NCBI GenBank assembly: GCA_963662655.2 | Contig: CAXXTU010000002.1 | Coordinates: 320,001-384,000, forward strand | Source: Candidatus Cloacimonadales bacterium | GTDB taxonomy: Bacteria; Cloacimonadota; Cloacimonadia; Cloacimonadales; JAIOQZ01 | DNA: 64,000 nt | Reading direction: 5' to 3' | Shown here: piece by piece, positions 1 through 10,083 of the stretch | How the letters are laid out: every line of letters starts with the position of its first letter | How positions within the stretch are numbered: position 1 is the first letter of the stretch | The notes under the pieces: generated by a model | The model's input: only the letters and a program-made list of their open reading frames with translations | Told to the model about the DNA's origin: nothing | The model's database searches: none | Translations under genes and position numbers: made by a program

Positions 1-8
1 CGATAATT

Positions 9-980
9 TTATCTGTAATCAATAAAAACGATCATTTCGGTTGAGGGAGAGTAGAAAGGAAGATCGCCTTCGGCAAGGTTTCTTATATTCTCGCCGTCGA
101 TATCAATCAAGCGGATATTTCCGGTATCTGCGAAAACAATGTGAGTTCCGTCGGGTGAGAGAGAAGGAAATTCTCCGTAACAGATGTCTTCGACTTCCTC
201 TGAGGCGAGGTTCATCTTCATGATGCGCCCATTGCTGCTGAAAATCATTGATACCCCGTCGGGAGTATACAGCGGCGGTCTCAAGGAGTAGAAGTAACTG
301 ATTTGCGTCCACTCGGAACCGTCGAGCTTGATTTTATACATTCCAGGATAAGCTCCCAGCAACGTATAATATATCCACTCGCCGTCCGGAGAAAAGACCG
401 GATACAGGTACTTGTCGCCAATGCCGTTACTCAGGAGATTGAACGCAGAATCCGTTTGCCGATCGTAAACGCGCAGGAAGTGCGTCGAATCCGAGTTAAC
501 AGCGCTATATACGATCTTTTCGTTGTTTGGCGAACAAGAAGAGTAGTACTGCTCGTCGTTATCGATTTGATCACTGATCAGTTCCGTGAAGCTTAGAGCC
601 TGGAGATCGATAGTATAGATTCTCCTGTCCACATTGCTTGTAACAAGAAGCTTGTCCTCACCTGGAATACGGGTAGGCTGCTGGGTGAATAGTTCGCCTT
701 CCGCAATTTCACCGAGCTCATCTCCCTCCGGGGATACGATCAGGCAGGTGTCGTCGCCGGTATACTGGATGAATATTCGCTCTCCCGTTTCATTGAAAAG
801 CGCAAACGTCATTTTAAGAAAGCCGCCATACCATTTGATCTGAGTCTTGTTTGTGCCATCCGCATTGATCACGTACGCGTAATCCTTGTGCGTGATATTG
901 TTATCATTGAAGTGGTCGCAACCGCTTATCAAAAAGATAGCGAGCATTAACAGCGTGAGATGAATGAAAATCTTCTTCAT
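9..980 (-). CDS. TolB-like beta-propeller lipoprotein
   Basis: Lipobox LISGC after a hydrophobic N-terminus; repeated P-x-F/L-S-P-D-G (PD40-like) motifs. Confidence 0.75.
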   Translation of the reverse strand: MKKIFIHLTLLMLAIFLISGCDHFNDNNITHKDYAYVINADGTNKTQIKWYGGFLKMTFALFNETGERIFIQYTGDDTCLIVSPEGDELGEIAEGELFTQQPTRIPGEDKLLVTSNVDRRIYTIDLQALSFTELISDQIDNDEQYYSSCSPNNEKIVYSAVNSDSTHFLRVYDRQTDSAFNLLSNGIGDKYLYPVFSPDGEWIYYTLLGAYPGMYKIKLDGSEWTQISYFYSLRPPLYTPDGVSMIFSSNGRIMKMNLASEEVEDICYGEFPSLSPDGTHIVFADTGNIRLIDIDGENIRNLAEGDLPFYSPSTEMIVFIDYR

Positions 981-996
981 TTATCCTTCCGTATGC

Positions 997-1914
997 CTAG
1001 TCTTCTTCAGGATAGAAGCCTGCTGCGACGAGGAGCGTATCGCCTTCCACGATCGTTTTTCGCAGGAAGGTGATTTTCTTTACCGATACGTCCGACCCCG
1101 GTTTGGGCCAGAGGTATTCCTTCCACATCTCGTCTTGCGTCTTCATCGCTTCGATCTCGGCCTTCACGTGCTTCTGTCCGTCGGCATCCGTCAGATCGAA
1201 GATGTTCTTGCCTTCGTACTGTGGGAAGATAGGGTTCAGGAGTTCGAGGCCCTGCATGTTTTTGATGAAGATGTAGCTGTCCATGAATATGAATTTGCTA
1301 CTTTCCGTGCGCATCATGTCCATGGCTTTGAGTCCGTCTCTCTGGAGCAGCGTTACAGCATCATTCACTGCTTTATAAACGAAAGCCTTCTCAGGCTTCG
1401 GATCGTAGATTCCGCTTCCGGCAAGGACTTTTTCACCATTAGGCAGGGTAGCGCTTACGATGTAGGTTGCTTTCCAGACCGGATCCGTCTGTTCGGGGCG
1501 TGGCCACTGGTAAAACACCCAGCCCGAACCTTTATCTGCTTCAGCGATGATCATCTTGCCAATCGGCTTCCCATTCACGTCCTGGAGGTCCAGCATGCTC
1601 TTGCCTTCTCCCGATACGTCCGGTGGATACACATAGCGCATTCCGTCCATTCCCCACACAAAGATGTATTCGTCGCCGGTAAACCACTCGGAGCCTTCCT
1701 GGCGGAAAAACGGGTAGGCTTCCTCTCCTTTTTCCTCGATCAGTTTGGCCGCTTTGTCGACGAAATCGACCAGTTTCCGGGTTTGGGGATGCTGGTAGGT
1801 TATCTCTTCAGATTTCTGTGTTGCCGGTTCTGTATTTTCAGCCTTCTTGGCCGGTGTGCAGAACGTCAATAAGAGTACTGCGATTACACAAAATATTGTA
1901 AGAAAATAGCGCAT
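997..1914 (-). CDS. Stand-alone double Cache-domain exported protein
   Basis: Two Cache-like repeats (YIFVW...DLQDVNGK...GWVFYQWPRP; YIFIK...DLTDADG...EYLWPKPG); signal peptide from ATG 1914 preceded by GAAGGAGG. Confidence 0.75.
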   Translation of the reverse strand: MRYFLTIFCVIAVLLLTFCTPAKKAENTEPATQKSEEITYQHPQTRKLVDFVDKAAKLIEEKGEEAYPFFRQEGSEWFTGDEYIFVWGMDGMRYVYPPDVSGEGKSMLDLQDVNGKPIGKMIIAEADKGSGWVFYQWPRPEQTDPVWKATYIVSATLPNGEKVLAGSGIYDPKPEKAFVYKAVNDAVTLLQRDGLKAMDMMRTESSKFIFMDSYIFIKNMQGLELLNPIFPQYEGKNIFDLTDADGQKHVKAEIEAMKTQDEMWKEYLWPKPGSDVSVKKITFLRKTIVEGDTLLVAAGFYPEED

Positions 1915-2057
1915 AGATCCTCCTTCGTATCTTGATTTCATTTTAATGAACTGCGAGTATCCAGTCAAGAAAGCTCTTGCAGTTTACCGTAGATTTATGG
2001 AATGCTCACGAAATCATCAGAAAATGGAAGGAGTATGATTCTCAGAGTTATGCGTTA

Positions 2058-2996
2058 TCAGGAGTTCTTGATCTTGATTTTGTCCTTGGGACGATTGAGG
2101 TATTTCACCGGATTCAAAGCTTTTCCGTAATAGACGATCTCGTAGTGAAGATGTGGCCCGGTCGAGCGCCCTGTATTGCCCATCAGCCCGATAATCTGAC
2201 CTTTGGTCACTTTGTCCCCGACTTTCACAAGGTACTCGTCGAGATGCCCATAGACAGTCTTGTAGCCGTATGCGTGTTCGATTTCGATCATCTTGCCGAT
2301 GAGTTTTTTACGGACAACTTTTTTCACGGTTCCATCTGCGGTCGCATAGATCGGCGTACCGGTATCGTTGGCGATATCCAGTCCCTTGTGGTAATCCCGT
2401 CTCTTCGTGATCGGATGCGTGCGGTAGCCAAAACGTGTGGTTATTCGTCCGAACGTTGGGTATATGGTCGGTGTATGGCGGAAGATATCATCGCGCAGGC
2501 GAATATTGTCGGCCGCTTTCTGGTGTGTCTCGCGGTTATAAGCCGAGATTCGCCGTAGTTGCTGGATGTCTTTCTGGACTTCGTTGAAGTACGCGTTCTT
2601 CTGCAAATCGTTGGTATAGACATCCCTGGTCACGATAGGCATACCACCGGTACCGACCTTGCGGATATCTGCATCGATCGCGCTGAGATTGTTCTGCTGG
2701 CGAATACCGTCTTCCCATGCCATCATGATATCGAGTTTGTGACGTGCGTCGCCAGCTTGCTGCGAAAGTTCGTCTAATTGAGCTGAGTACGCTGTGTATT
2801 CGGCGTTGAGTTTCTTGTACAAACCGAGTTGGTTGAGGTTGTGGATATGGAAACCGAGACCAGCCAACATGGCGATGATGATGAACAGACCTGTATACAT
2901 AGCGACATTGAGAAATCCGGCCGGAAGGCTGAAATTATGCACTGTATCAGAATCGGTACGCTCTATATGAACGTGCAACTTTCTTTTTATAAGCAT
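2058..2996 (-). CDS. M23 family metallopeptidase
   Basis: HKGLD and STGPHLHYE motifs, N-terminal TM and coiled coil; likely start ATG 2996 (MLIKRK). Confidence 0.85.
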   Translation of the reverse strand: MLIKRKLHVHIERTDSDTVHNFSLPAGFLNVAMYTGLFIIIAMLAGLGFHIHNLNQLGLYKKLNAEYTAYSAQLDELSQQAGDARHKLDIMMAWEDGIRQQNNLSAIDADIRKVGTGGMPIVTRDVYTNDLQKNAYFNEVQKDIQQLRRISAYNRETHQKAADNIRLRDDIFRHTPTIYPTFGRITTRFGYRTHPITKRRDYHKGLDIANDTGTPIYATADGTVKKVVRKKLIGKMIEIEHAYGYKTVYGHLDEYLVKVGDKVTKGQIIGLMGNTGRSTGPHLHYEIVYYGKALNPVKYLNRPKDKIKIKNS

Positions 2997-3141
2997 ATCT
3001 ATCCTTTTAGAAACAAAAAAAATATAATAAATCGCGACAATAATCCGTAATCGGGCTTTTCGTGTCAAGGTATTTCTTATCAAGCAGTTGTGCGTTTTGG
3101 GACGGAAAACAGGACGTGGATTCCCGATCGTGCAACGTGCA

Positions 3142-3258
3142 GCGCGCGGCGGCGGCGTGTGCGCTGCGCGCACTAACATGATGTAAAAAGCTTTCTTCAA
3201 GAAAGCTTTTTTACATCATGCCGAAAGCCCGAATGGGCTTTACGCCGCCCCCGCGCGC
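3142..3258. repeat. Cloverleaf palindromic intergenic element, copy 1
   Basis: 17-bp GC outer stem (1 mismatch) enclosing three hairpins; same architecture as 49483-49591. Confidence 0.75.
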
Positions 3259-3341
3259 GGTTGGTGCTTACCCGGAGTTAGCTGTGCGATTTCCTTTGAC
3301 AAAATAGAAGTATCTGGACGATGTTTATCTGCGAGGAAACT

Positions 3342-4430
3342 ATGAAGAACATGTGCTTTGTCTTAGCTCTGATTATCGTAAGCGTCGTATCCAGCTGGGC
3401 GCAGCCTGTATCTGCCGCCGATTCAACCGATGTGGTCGCCGTTGATAGCCTGGAAACCGACGTTGTTAAAACAGTCAAAATCGTTGGGGTTGGCGACGTG
3501 ATGCCCGGTAGCGATTTCCCCGACAGAAAGAAGTTCCCTGCCAACGGTGGCAAGAACCTTATTCAGCCGGAGCTGGAAGAGATAATCCGCAACGCCGACG
3601 TTGCCTTCTGCAATCTTGAAGGCTCCGTTGCCGACGGCTTGCCCACGAAAGAGGGCAAGAAGTACGCCTTCAGAATCCCCTCGTCGCTGGCGGCAAACCT
3701 CGCAACCTGGGGTTTCGATCTTGTTTCCATGGCGAACAACCACGCCGGAGACTGCGAGGAAGAAGGCCGACAGAGCACCATAAAAGCGCTGGATGAGCTC
3801 GGACTCACGTATTCAGGCTCTAAGCTCACGCCAGCAGGCGTGACGCTCGAACGCGATGGGATCGAATACGGCTTTATTGCGGTAGCGCCCAACAAGGGTT
3901 GTCACAACTTCCATAACACCGACTTGATCAATCGGGAAATTCGGAGCCTCGACGAGAAATGCGATATTGTCATCGTTTCCATTCACGGAGGCGCGGAGGG
4001 TAAAGGCGCGGAGCACCTTACCAGGGAAGTAGAGACCTACATGGGTGAAAATCGCGGCAATATCTACGAATTGGCGCATGGCTTCATCGACAGCGGAGCG
4101 GATATCGTCTTCGGGCATGGACCGCACGTTACGCGCGCCATCGAATGCTATCAAGGACGATTGATCGCGTATAGCCTGGGCAACTTCTGCACGCACGGGG
4201 GCTTCAATCTCGAGGGCGTGAACGGAATCGCGCCACTGCTCATCGTGGAAGTGGATCGCGCAGGGAAGCTTGTTTCGGGCGAGATCGTTTCGATCAGGCA
4301 AAACTGGCCGGGCGGTCCGGTTCTCGATGGGAACGTGCGCGTGCTTCATCGCATAATGGAATTGACTGAGCAAGACCTCGATGGGGGGGGATTGGAGTTC
4401 AGAGGGAAATTCTTCTTCCCCGCCGAATAA
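3342..4430 (+). CDS. CapA (PGA_cap) family metallophosphoesterase-like protein
   Basis: VGDVM, NLEG, ANNH, HGG, GHGPH, YSLGNF motifs; signal peptide; GAGG before ATG 3342. Confidence 0.85.
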   Translation: MKNMCFVLALIIVSVVSSWAQPVSAADSTDVVAVDSLETDVVKTVKIVGVGDVMPGSDFPDRKKFPANGGKNLIQPELEEIIRNADVAFCNLEGSVADGLPTKEGKKYAFRIPSSLAANLATWGFDLVSMANNHAGDCEEEGRQSTIKALDELGLTYSGSKLTPAGVTLERDGIEYGFIAVAPNKGCHNFHNTDLINREIRSLDEKCDIVIVSIHGGAEGKGAEHLTREVETYMGENRGNIYELAHGFIDSGADIVFGHGPHVTRAIECYQGRLIAYSLGNFCTHGGFNLEGVNGIAPLLIVEVDRAGKLVSGEIVSIRQNWPGGPVLDGNVRVLHRIMELTEQDLDGGGLEFRGKFFFPAE

Positions 4431-4436
4431 TCGATT

Positions 4437-6065
4437 CTAAGACTTTTCTGGAAGATAGAAGGAAAACGTACTGCCTTTCCCAACCTCGCTTTCAACCCAG
4501 ATTTCACCGCCGTGCTTCTGGATGATCTGCCGTGTCATGGCCAGCCCGATCCCAATACCACCCGTCTTGCGTTCGTTGATTGACCCGAGCTGCTGGAATT
4601 GCTGGAAGAGATTGCTGATCTCACTCTCGGGAATGCCGCTTCCGGTGTCCTCAACCGAAACCTTCATTCCGGCACCGTCGCATTCCGTGATGATACGAAT
4701 GTACCCCGACTGCGTGAAGGTCGCCGCGTTCTCGTACAAGTTCATGAATCCCTTGGCGATCCAGTCCGCGTTCAGGTTGACCGGTATGGCGTCCGAACAG
4801 AGATCCATGTACAGGGTGATCTCTTTTCCTTTGATCAACTGCTCCATGTCCGGCCTCAGGTTCTTGATGATCTGATTGATGCTGTAACGCTGCATCTCCA
4901 GCTTGCCGGAGATCAGGTCCAAGCTGCGGAAATCCAGAATGCGAGTAACAATCGCATTGAGGCGTTTCGCATTGTCTCTAATGTGTACGCCGATCTCAAT
5001 CTGCTCTTCGTTCATCTCGCCCAAATCCTGATCGATCAATAGCGATATCCCGTCACTGATGACCGTAAGCGGAGTGCGGAGCTCGTGACTGATAGCCGCG
5101 ATGAAGAACTCTTTCATGTCGAGGAGTTCTTTCACGTGGATATCGGATTTGATGCTTTCCGATAGGTTGAGATACAGCTCGCCAATGAGCCTGAGGAGTG
5201 AGAAGTTGTTCTGCCAGTTCCGCTTGATCGGATCCTTGAATAGAATGGCAATGTATCCTTGCAGCTCGTTCTTGAGAAACATGGGAATTGCGATAAAGCC
5301 TTTAATTTTCCATGATTGCATCAGCACCAGGATTTCTGGTCGCTGGATTATCTCGATGTTCGGATAGAATATTACCGGATTAAGCGAAAACTCCGACTGT
5401 AGCCAGCTATGGAACTCGATCCGGCGATCGTTTGGAATACGCTTCTCAAAGGATTCGATCTGGAGCAGATGCATGAGATCTGCGTTGTGGAACTCCAGAT
5501 GGAGTTCGTCGGCTCCGATCTTCTCGGTGATCTGCTTGAACGAGCTATTGACGTCCGGCATCAGGTCTTGAACATCGATGCGGAGCGATTGGGTCGATAT
5601 AGTAGTAAGGAGCTGTCCAAACTCCTGCAAGTAGACGATTTCCGCGGTTCGCTCCTGAACGGCGGTCTCGAGCAAGTTGGTGTAATCCTTCAAGCGAAGA
5701 GAATTCTCGACAGCCATCTTGAGCTCGTAAATTCCGAACGGCTTATGGAGAAAGTGTGCCACGCCGCGCTTGTAACATATTTCCAGCGTCTGATTATCGC
5801 CGGCTTGCGTCATGACGATAACGGCCCATGGATCCTTGTTGGAGAGGTCGATTGCTTCCAGGAATTCCAGTCCGCCCATCCGGGGCATGTTCATATCGAG
5901 GATGATTATATCGGGTTTCTGTTTGTTGAATTCTACCAGGCCTTCTTCACCGTTCGCTGCGAACGCAAAGGTGTACTCGGGTGAATCGAGTACTTCGTAG
6001 ATGATCTCGCGAATCGAATCATCGTCTTCAACAATCAATATTTGCTTGGTATCAGCCTCGTTCAT
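4437..6065 (-). CDS. REC-GAF-like histidine kinase
   Basis: N-terminal receiver (ILIVEDD...ILDMNMP), H-box SHELRTPL, G-boxes DTGSGI and GGIGIGL. Confidence 0.85.
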   Translation of the reverse strand: MNEADTKQILIVEDDDSIREIIYEVLDSPEYTFAFAANGEEGLVEFNKQKPDIIILDMNMPRMGGLEFLEAIDLSNKDPWAVIVMTQAGDNQTLEICYKRGVAHFLHKPFGIYELKMAVENSLRLKDYTNLLETAVQERTAEIVYLQEFGQLLTTISTQSLRIDVQDLMPDVNSSFKQITEKIGADELHLEFHNADLMHLLQIESFEKRIPNDRRIEFHSWLQSEFSLNPVIFYPNIEIIQRPEILVLMQSWKIKGFIAIPMFLKNELQGYIAILFKDPIKRNWQNNFSLLRLIGELYLNLSESIKSDIHVKELLDMKEFFIAAISHELRTPLTVISDGISLLIDQDLGEMNEEQIEIGVHIRDNAKRLNAIVTRILDFRSLDLISGKLEMQRYSINQIIKNLRPDMEQLIKGKEITLYMDLCSDAIPVNLNADWIAKGFMNLYENAATFTQSGYIRIITECDGAGMKVSVEDTGSGIPESEISNLFQQFQQLGSINERKTGGIGIGLAMTRQIIQKHGGEIWVESEVGKGSTFSFYLPEKS

Positions 6066-6089
6066 ATCGCACCACCGCTTCGCTAGCGC

Positions 6090-8036
6090 TTACGATTTGC
6101 CTTTCAGGTTTGAAAGCAGCTCGTTAACGGTATTCATTTTCTCGTAATTCGATTGTTTGGAAAGCGTCTCCAGTTCTTCGATAGCCTGCTTCTTTCGATC
6201 GAGCTTGATATAAGTCATCGCGAGCCGCAGGCGGGCGTCGGACACCTTGTGCGAATCAGGATATTTTGCAATAACGTTGCTGAAGAACTCCGCACTCTGC
6301 GCAAAGTCCTCCCGCGTGAATTTAATCTCTCCCAGCCAGTAATTGACATTGGGCGCGAGATAGTGCTTGGGGTCCATGGTCAGAAGTTCCTGGAACAACC
6401 TCTCTGCCTTCAGCGGATCCCCCGTCCAGAGCTGGTTCAATGCGTCGTCGTATATTTGCTTGTATGTTCGGGTCGTTTCAGCATTGTTTTTCTTCTCTTC
6501 TTCTTTCTTTGGTGGTTGAGCAGGTTTGTCTGTGCTTTTTTCCTCAACCTTTTTATCAGCAGGCGCTTGCTTTGGCTTTTCCTTTACCGTGGGTTGCTTT
6601 GGTTCAGGCTTCTTCGGCTCAGGCTGCTTTGTCTCTTTCGCTGGCTCGGGCTTAACCTTGGTAATGGGTTTCTCAGCAGCTTTTTGAGGCGCAGGCGGAA
6701 CCGGCTTGATTTCCTTGCCCTGATACGGTTTCAGATTCTCCATGAGAACTGTTTCCAGGTGCAGGCTGTATCCTTCTCGGTCAGCAGCCATGAGTTTGGC
6801 GTAATTAATACTGACACTACAGCCGAGGATGTGCTTGTCCAGCTCGCGAAGCAGATTCAGGAACGTTCCGCGAATCTGGTTCACGTAGGGACGGTTGGCA
6901 GCGTTGAGCAGCACGAGGTTTTCGTCCGGCGGTGCGATCAGTTCACCCTTCTTGTTGATGTAGCCGGTTTGTACCAGCTCATTGAACACGACTGAGACGG
7001 TAACTTTTCGCTGCTGTGCGACAGAATTGAAATCTTCCGGTTTAAGCTTGGTTTTGGGTATGATGAATACCTTCGCTACGATGAATTTCTCGCGCAGGCT
7101 GAATTCTTTACGGAACTCTTCCAGCAGGTAATCGCTTTCACGGAAAATTTGTCTGATGATACCACGATAGGAATATCCATCGTTGAACATGACCTTCACG
7201 TATGTTCCTGGGCGTACATATCGACGGTAGCGGAAGGCGAAGTAGGTTACGACGAAGCGGTCGTTCGTGTTGGCGAGTGTCAGGATCGTTTCGGTTTCAT
7301 TCACCGTCTCGTATTGCGTCTTTTTCACCGTTGAAACGATGCCGTCGTGGTTCGCGATGAGATAGCGATCTCCGTGTGATCCGCCGCCACCGGTGTGCTG
7401 TACCACGGTCTTTTCGCTTCCTGTGGTTTGCAGGTTTTTAATCAGTAGGCGCTCGTACTGGATGCTCTTGTTGATTTTCTGAAGTTTGAATTGCGCTTCC
7501 TCCACCTTCTCCTTGTACTTCTTCAATTCGGAAGTGGTCAGGAGTTCCTTACGATAGAGCTCGCGAGCTTTATCGAGCTCTTTCTGCACATTCAGAAGCT
7601 CTTCGTCGTACCGGTTCTTCTCCAGCCGAAGAAGCTGCAAGTCTTTCTGGGCATCGAGTATCTTGCTTTCATCGCGTTGGGAAGCGCTGGGCGTTCGCTG
7701 CACCGTGGTGTAGCCTCCACCATACGCGGCGTCTTCGTAGTCGACCACCACGAGCGTGTCGCCCCGCTGGATTTCCTGGTTTCGTACCACGTTAATCTGC
7801 TCGATGCGAGCCGGTTCCACGGTGGCGATATTCGTTTCATGCGCCGTGAAAACGCCCATTCCCTTGACGAAGAAAATCCGGTTGATCAGGTAATACAGTG
7901 CGAAAAGCACAAGCGCGATGATGATCGCGAAATAGATCAACTTGCCCAGGGTGATTTTGCGTCTTCTAGGTGGCTCCAGCTTCGATAACGCTTCCGAGTG
8001 ATCGACTAAATCATTGCCGCTTTTTCTCAAATTCAT
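6090..8036 (-). CDS. HlyD-like membrane fusion protein with C-terminal CpoB/YbgF-like TPR domain
   Basis: TM anchor, lipoyl-like halves flanking a coiled coil, Pro/Lys/Glu linker, TPR (NVNYWLGE...KYPDSHKVSDARLRLA). Confidence 0.7.
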   Translation of the reverse strand: MNLRKSGNDLVDHSEALSKLEPPRRRKITLGKLIYFAIIIALVLFALYYLINRIFFVKGMGVFTAHETNIATVEPARIEQINVVRNQEIQRGDTLVVVDYEDAAYGGGYTTVQRTPSASQRDESKILDAQKDLQLLRLEKNRYDEELLNVQKELDKARELYRKELLTTSELKKYKEKVEEAQFKLQKINKSIQYERLLIKNLQTTGSEKTVVQHTGGGGSHGDRYLIANHDGIVSTVKKTQYETVNETETILTLANTNDRFVVTYFAFRYRRYVRPGTYVKVMFNDGYSYRGIIRQIFRESDYLLEEFRKEFSLREKFIVAKVFIIPKTKLKPEDFNSVAQQRKVTVSVVFNELVQTGYINKKGELIAPPDENLVLLNAANRPYVNQIRGTFLNLLRELDKHILGCSVSINYAKLMAADREGYSLHLETVLMENLKPYQGKEIKPVPPAPQKAAEKPITKVKPEPAKETKQPEPKKPEPKQPTVKEKPKQAPADKKVEEKSTDKPAQPPKKEEEKKNNAETTRTYKQIYDDALNQLWTGDPLKAERLFQELLTMDPKHYLAPNVNYWLGEIKFTREDFAQSAEFFSNVIAKYPDSHKVSDARLRLAMTYIKLDRKKQAIEELETLSKQSNYEKMNTVNELLSNLKGKS

Positions 8037-10083
8037 CGTTTCGTACCCTTATATGAATTAGGTTGTTATAGTCATGGAACGCCATTCCGCGGAAGCTACT
8101 GAAAATCGAGAGTTTGTTACGCAACATTTCAGCGCTTTCCTGCATCTGGTCTTTATCATCAAACTTGTTAACATCGATACCGACGATGATGGGCAGTCCC
8201 AGCTCCTCGGAATCGCTCATCTCGTCGTACACTTTAATCAGAATATCTTCCAGTGATTGCTGGTACGCCATGAGAGTGACCTCATCGACATACGGCGCGA
8301 TATTTTTTAAAAACACATGATCGACTTCATCGATGTAGGGGGCAAGGTCGAGCTCGATGCGGGTTTGTCCGCCGATCATGCGTTTGACGTATTGCATGGT
8401 GTCAAACAGCATTCTGATGGCCGTAATTTTATCCGTGTCCCACACTTCGAGGCCCTGCGGCTCGATGTCGAAATGGATACCGTCGATCTTCTCGTCGTCT
8501 TTTGCTACCGCGTTGTATTTGATAATCTTATCGATACGCTGGCCCATCGACTGGCGTTTGCTTGGCATGAGCCAGGTGTTTTCCGAGAGGAGCGCGCTGA
8601 TCTGGATTTTATTACGGTGCAATTCTCTGATCAGATTCAGCAGGTCGCCGGAGTTACTATCGAGACGCGACATAACGGTAATCGAGAATGAGAAGAACAC
8701 GCGATTGATTTTGTTGCGGATGCAGGACTGGACGAAATCCCGTGTCTTGCCGGCAGAGAGGATTTCTTCCGAATTCCATACCCAAACCGCGTTGGTGAGA
8801 TTTTCATCGAAGCTCGCCTGCCTTTTCTCGAAGATGGAGAGCGGCAGGAATGTGGCGTATGCAAGCGACATGATCGATCGCTCCAGTTGCATACGACCAA
8901 TCTCGTATTCGATCTTTGCCTGCTGGAAATCGAGCTGGGCCTTGTGCTCGTCCCAAGATTTCCAATCTTCTGTTCGGATGGAGGCGATCTTCAGTCGTTC
9001 GAGGGCGATATCCATCTCGATGCGAAGGTAGTCGATGTCCTTGCTCTTCGATTCACAATCGCCGTACATGCTGATCAGATCGTCGATGTTTTCTTCCAAG
9101 CGCTCATGGTTGTCGATTTCGGTGAACCGCAGAGAGGTTTGACGCAAGCGTCTGTTGTGATCTGGGAAGGTGAGAAGCGAGAGCGGGAAATTGATTCGCA
9201 CGCCTGCTTCGAGGTTGTCGCGGGTGTCCCCCGCCCCGTACTCGTACCAATTGTAGCCCCCGTAGACGGTCAGGCTGATGTCCCGCAGGGAGTTGTAGCG
9301 ATACTTGTCGATCGCTTCGGCGTACTTGAGCTGCCGTTCGCCACGGGTGTTGTAGTAGCTGTAGAGGCTGTCGAGCAATGCTTCGAACGGTGGGAGCGTA
9401 TGGTAGGTCGCGTACGGCTCGAAGGGAATGTCGTTCGAGATGAGTCCGTACTTCGCCGCGAACAGGTCGAGCGTCGTTTCGAACTGGCTCGAGTAGTCGT
9501 TCTTGCGCGAGTTGATCTTCTCGATGTCCCGGCTCGATTTCACGAAATCATCTCGCCGGACTTCTCCGAAGTAGTAGCGACGCTTGATCTTGTCGAATTT
9601 TTTTGATGAAATCGAATCGAGCAGCGAATAGGCCTCCGCCTGCTGCTTGAGGATGAGAAGCTTCAGGTATTCGTCCATGACCCCGGCTTCGCGACGGCGC
9701 ACGAGTTCTTCGATGCGATCCGCGAGCCTGGCTTTTTCGTTTTTCTTCTTATCGACCTCGGCAGGTGTTGTGACGAAGGTTGTCGTCAGGTCCTGCTGGA
9801 GCGTAAGCGATGAACGGGAACGGGTTCTCTCGTCTCCGATCTCGTCTTCCATGTATTCGAGGAAGTTCCGTTTGTAGTTGAAATTCAGCTCGGGACTGTA
9901 CTGGTGGCGGGTCGCGTCGATCTCGTAGTCGATCCGCTCCATCTCCGCCTGCAAGCGTTGAATCTGGAGATCGTTCTCCACGACCTTCTTCTTCAGCTCC
10001 TGCAGGAATGTCGATTGCCCGAACAGGCATGTCGCTGTTAGAATAACAATTATCGAAAACACAATGTGTTTCTTGATTACCAT
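8011..10083 (-). CDS. TolC-like outer membrane protein fused to putative glycoside-hydrolase-like TIM barrel
   Basis: Signal peptide from ATG 10083 (MVIKKH); OEP-like pattern (PELNFNY...AGVRINFPL); C-terminal AVWVW...IDGIHFDIEP...VTLMAY...GMAFHDY. Confidence 0.6.
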   Translation of the reverse strand: MVIKKHIVFSIIVILTATCLFGQSTFLQELKKKVVENDLQIQRLQAEMERIDYEIDATRHQYSPELNFNYKRNFLEYMEDEIGDERTRSRSSLTLQQDLTTTFVTTPAEVDKKKNEKARLADRIEELVRRREAGVMDEYLKLLILKQQAEAYSLLDSISSKKFDKIKRRYYFGEVRRDDFVKSSRDIEKINSRKNDYSSQFETTLDLFAAKYGLISNDIPFEPYATYHTLPPFEALLDSLYSYYNTRGERQLKYAEAIDKYRYNSLRDISLTVYGGYNWYEYGAGDTRDNLEAGVRINFPLSLLTFPDHNRRLRQTSLRFTEIDNHERLEENIDDLISMYGDCESKSKDIDYLRIEMDIALERLKIASIRTEDWKSWDEHKAQLDFQQAKIEYEIGRMQLERSIMSLAYATFLPLSIFEKRQASFDENLTNAVWVWNSEEILSAGKTRDFVQSCIRNKINRVFFSFSITVMSRLDSNSGDLLNLIRELHRNKIQISALLSENTWLMPSKRQSMGQRIDKIIKYNAVAKDDEKIDGIHFDIEPQGLEVWDTDKITAIRMLFDTMQYVKRMIGGQTRIELDLAPYIDEVDHVFLKNIAPYVDEVTLMAYQQSLEDILIKVYDEMSDSEELGLPIIVGIDVNKFDDKDQMQESAEMLRNKLSIFSSFRGMAFHDYNNLIHIRVRNDEFEKKRQ

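Noticed and set aside
2997..3200. N-terminal extension of the M23 peptidase
   Set aside because: Runs through the palindromic element and promoter region; not protein-like
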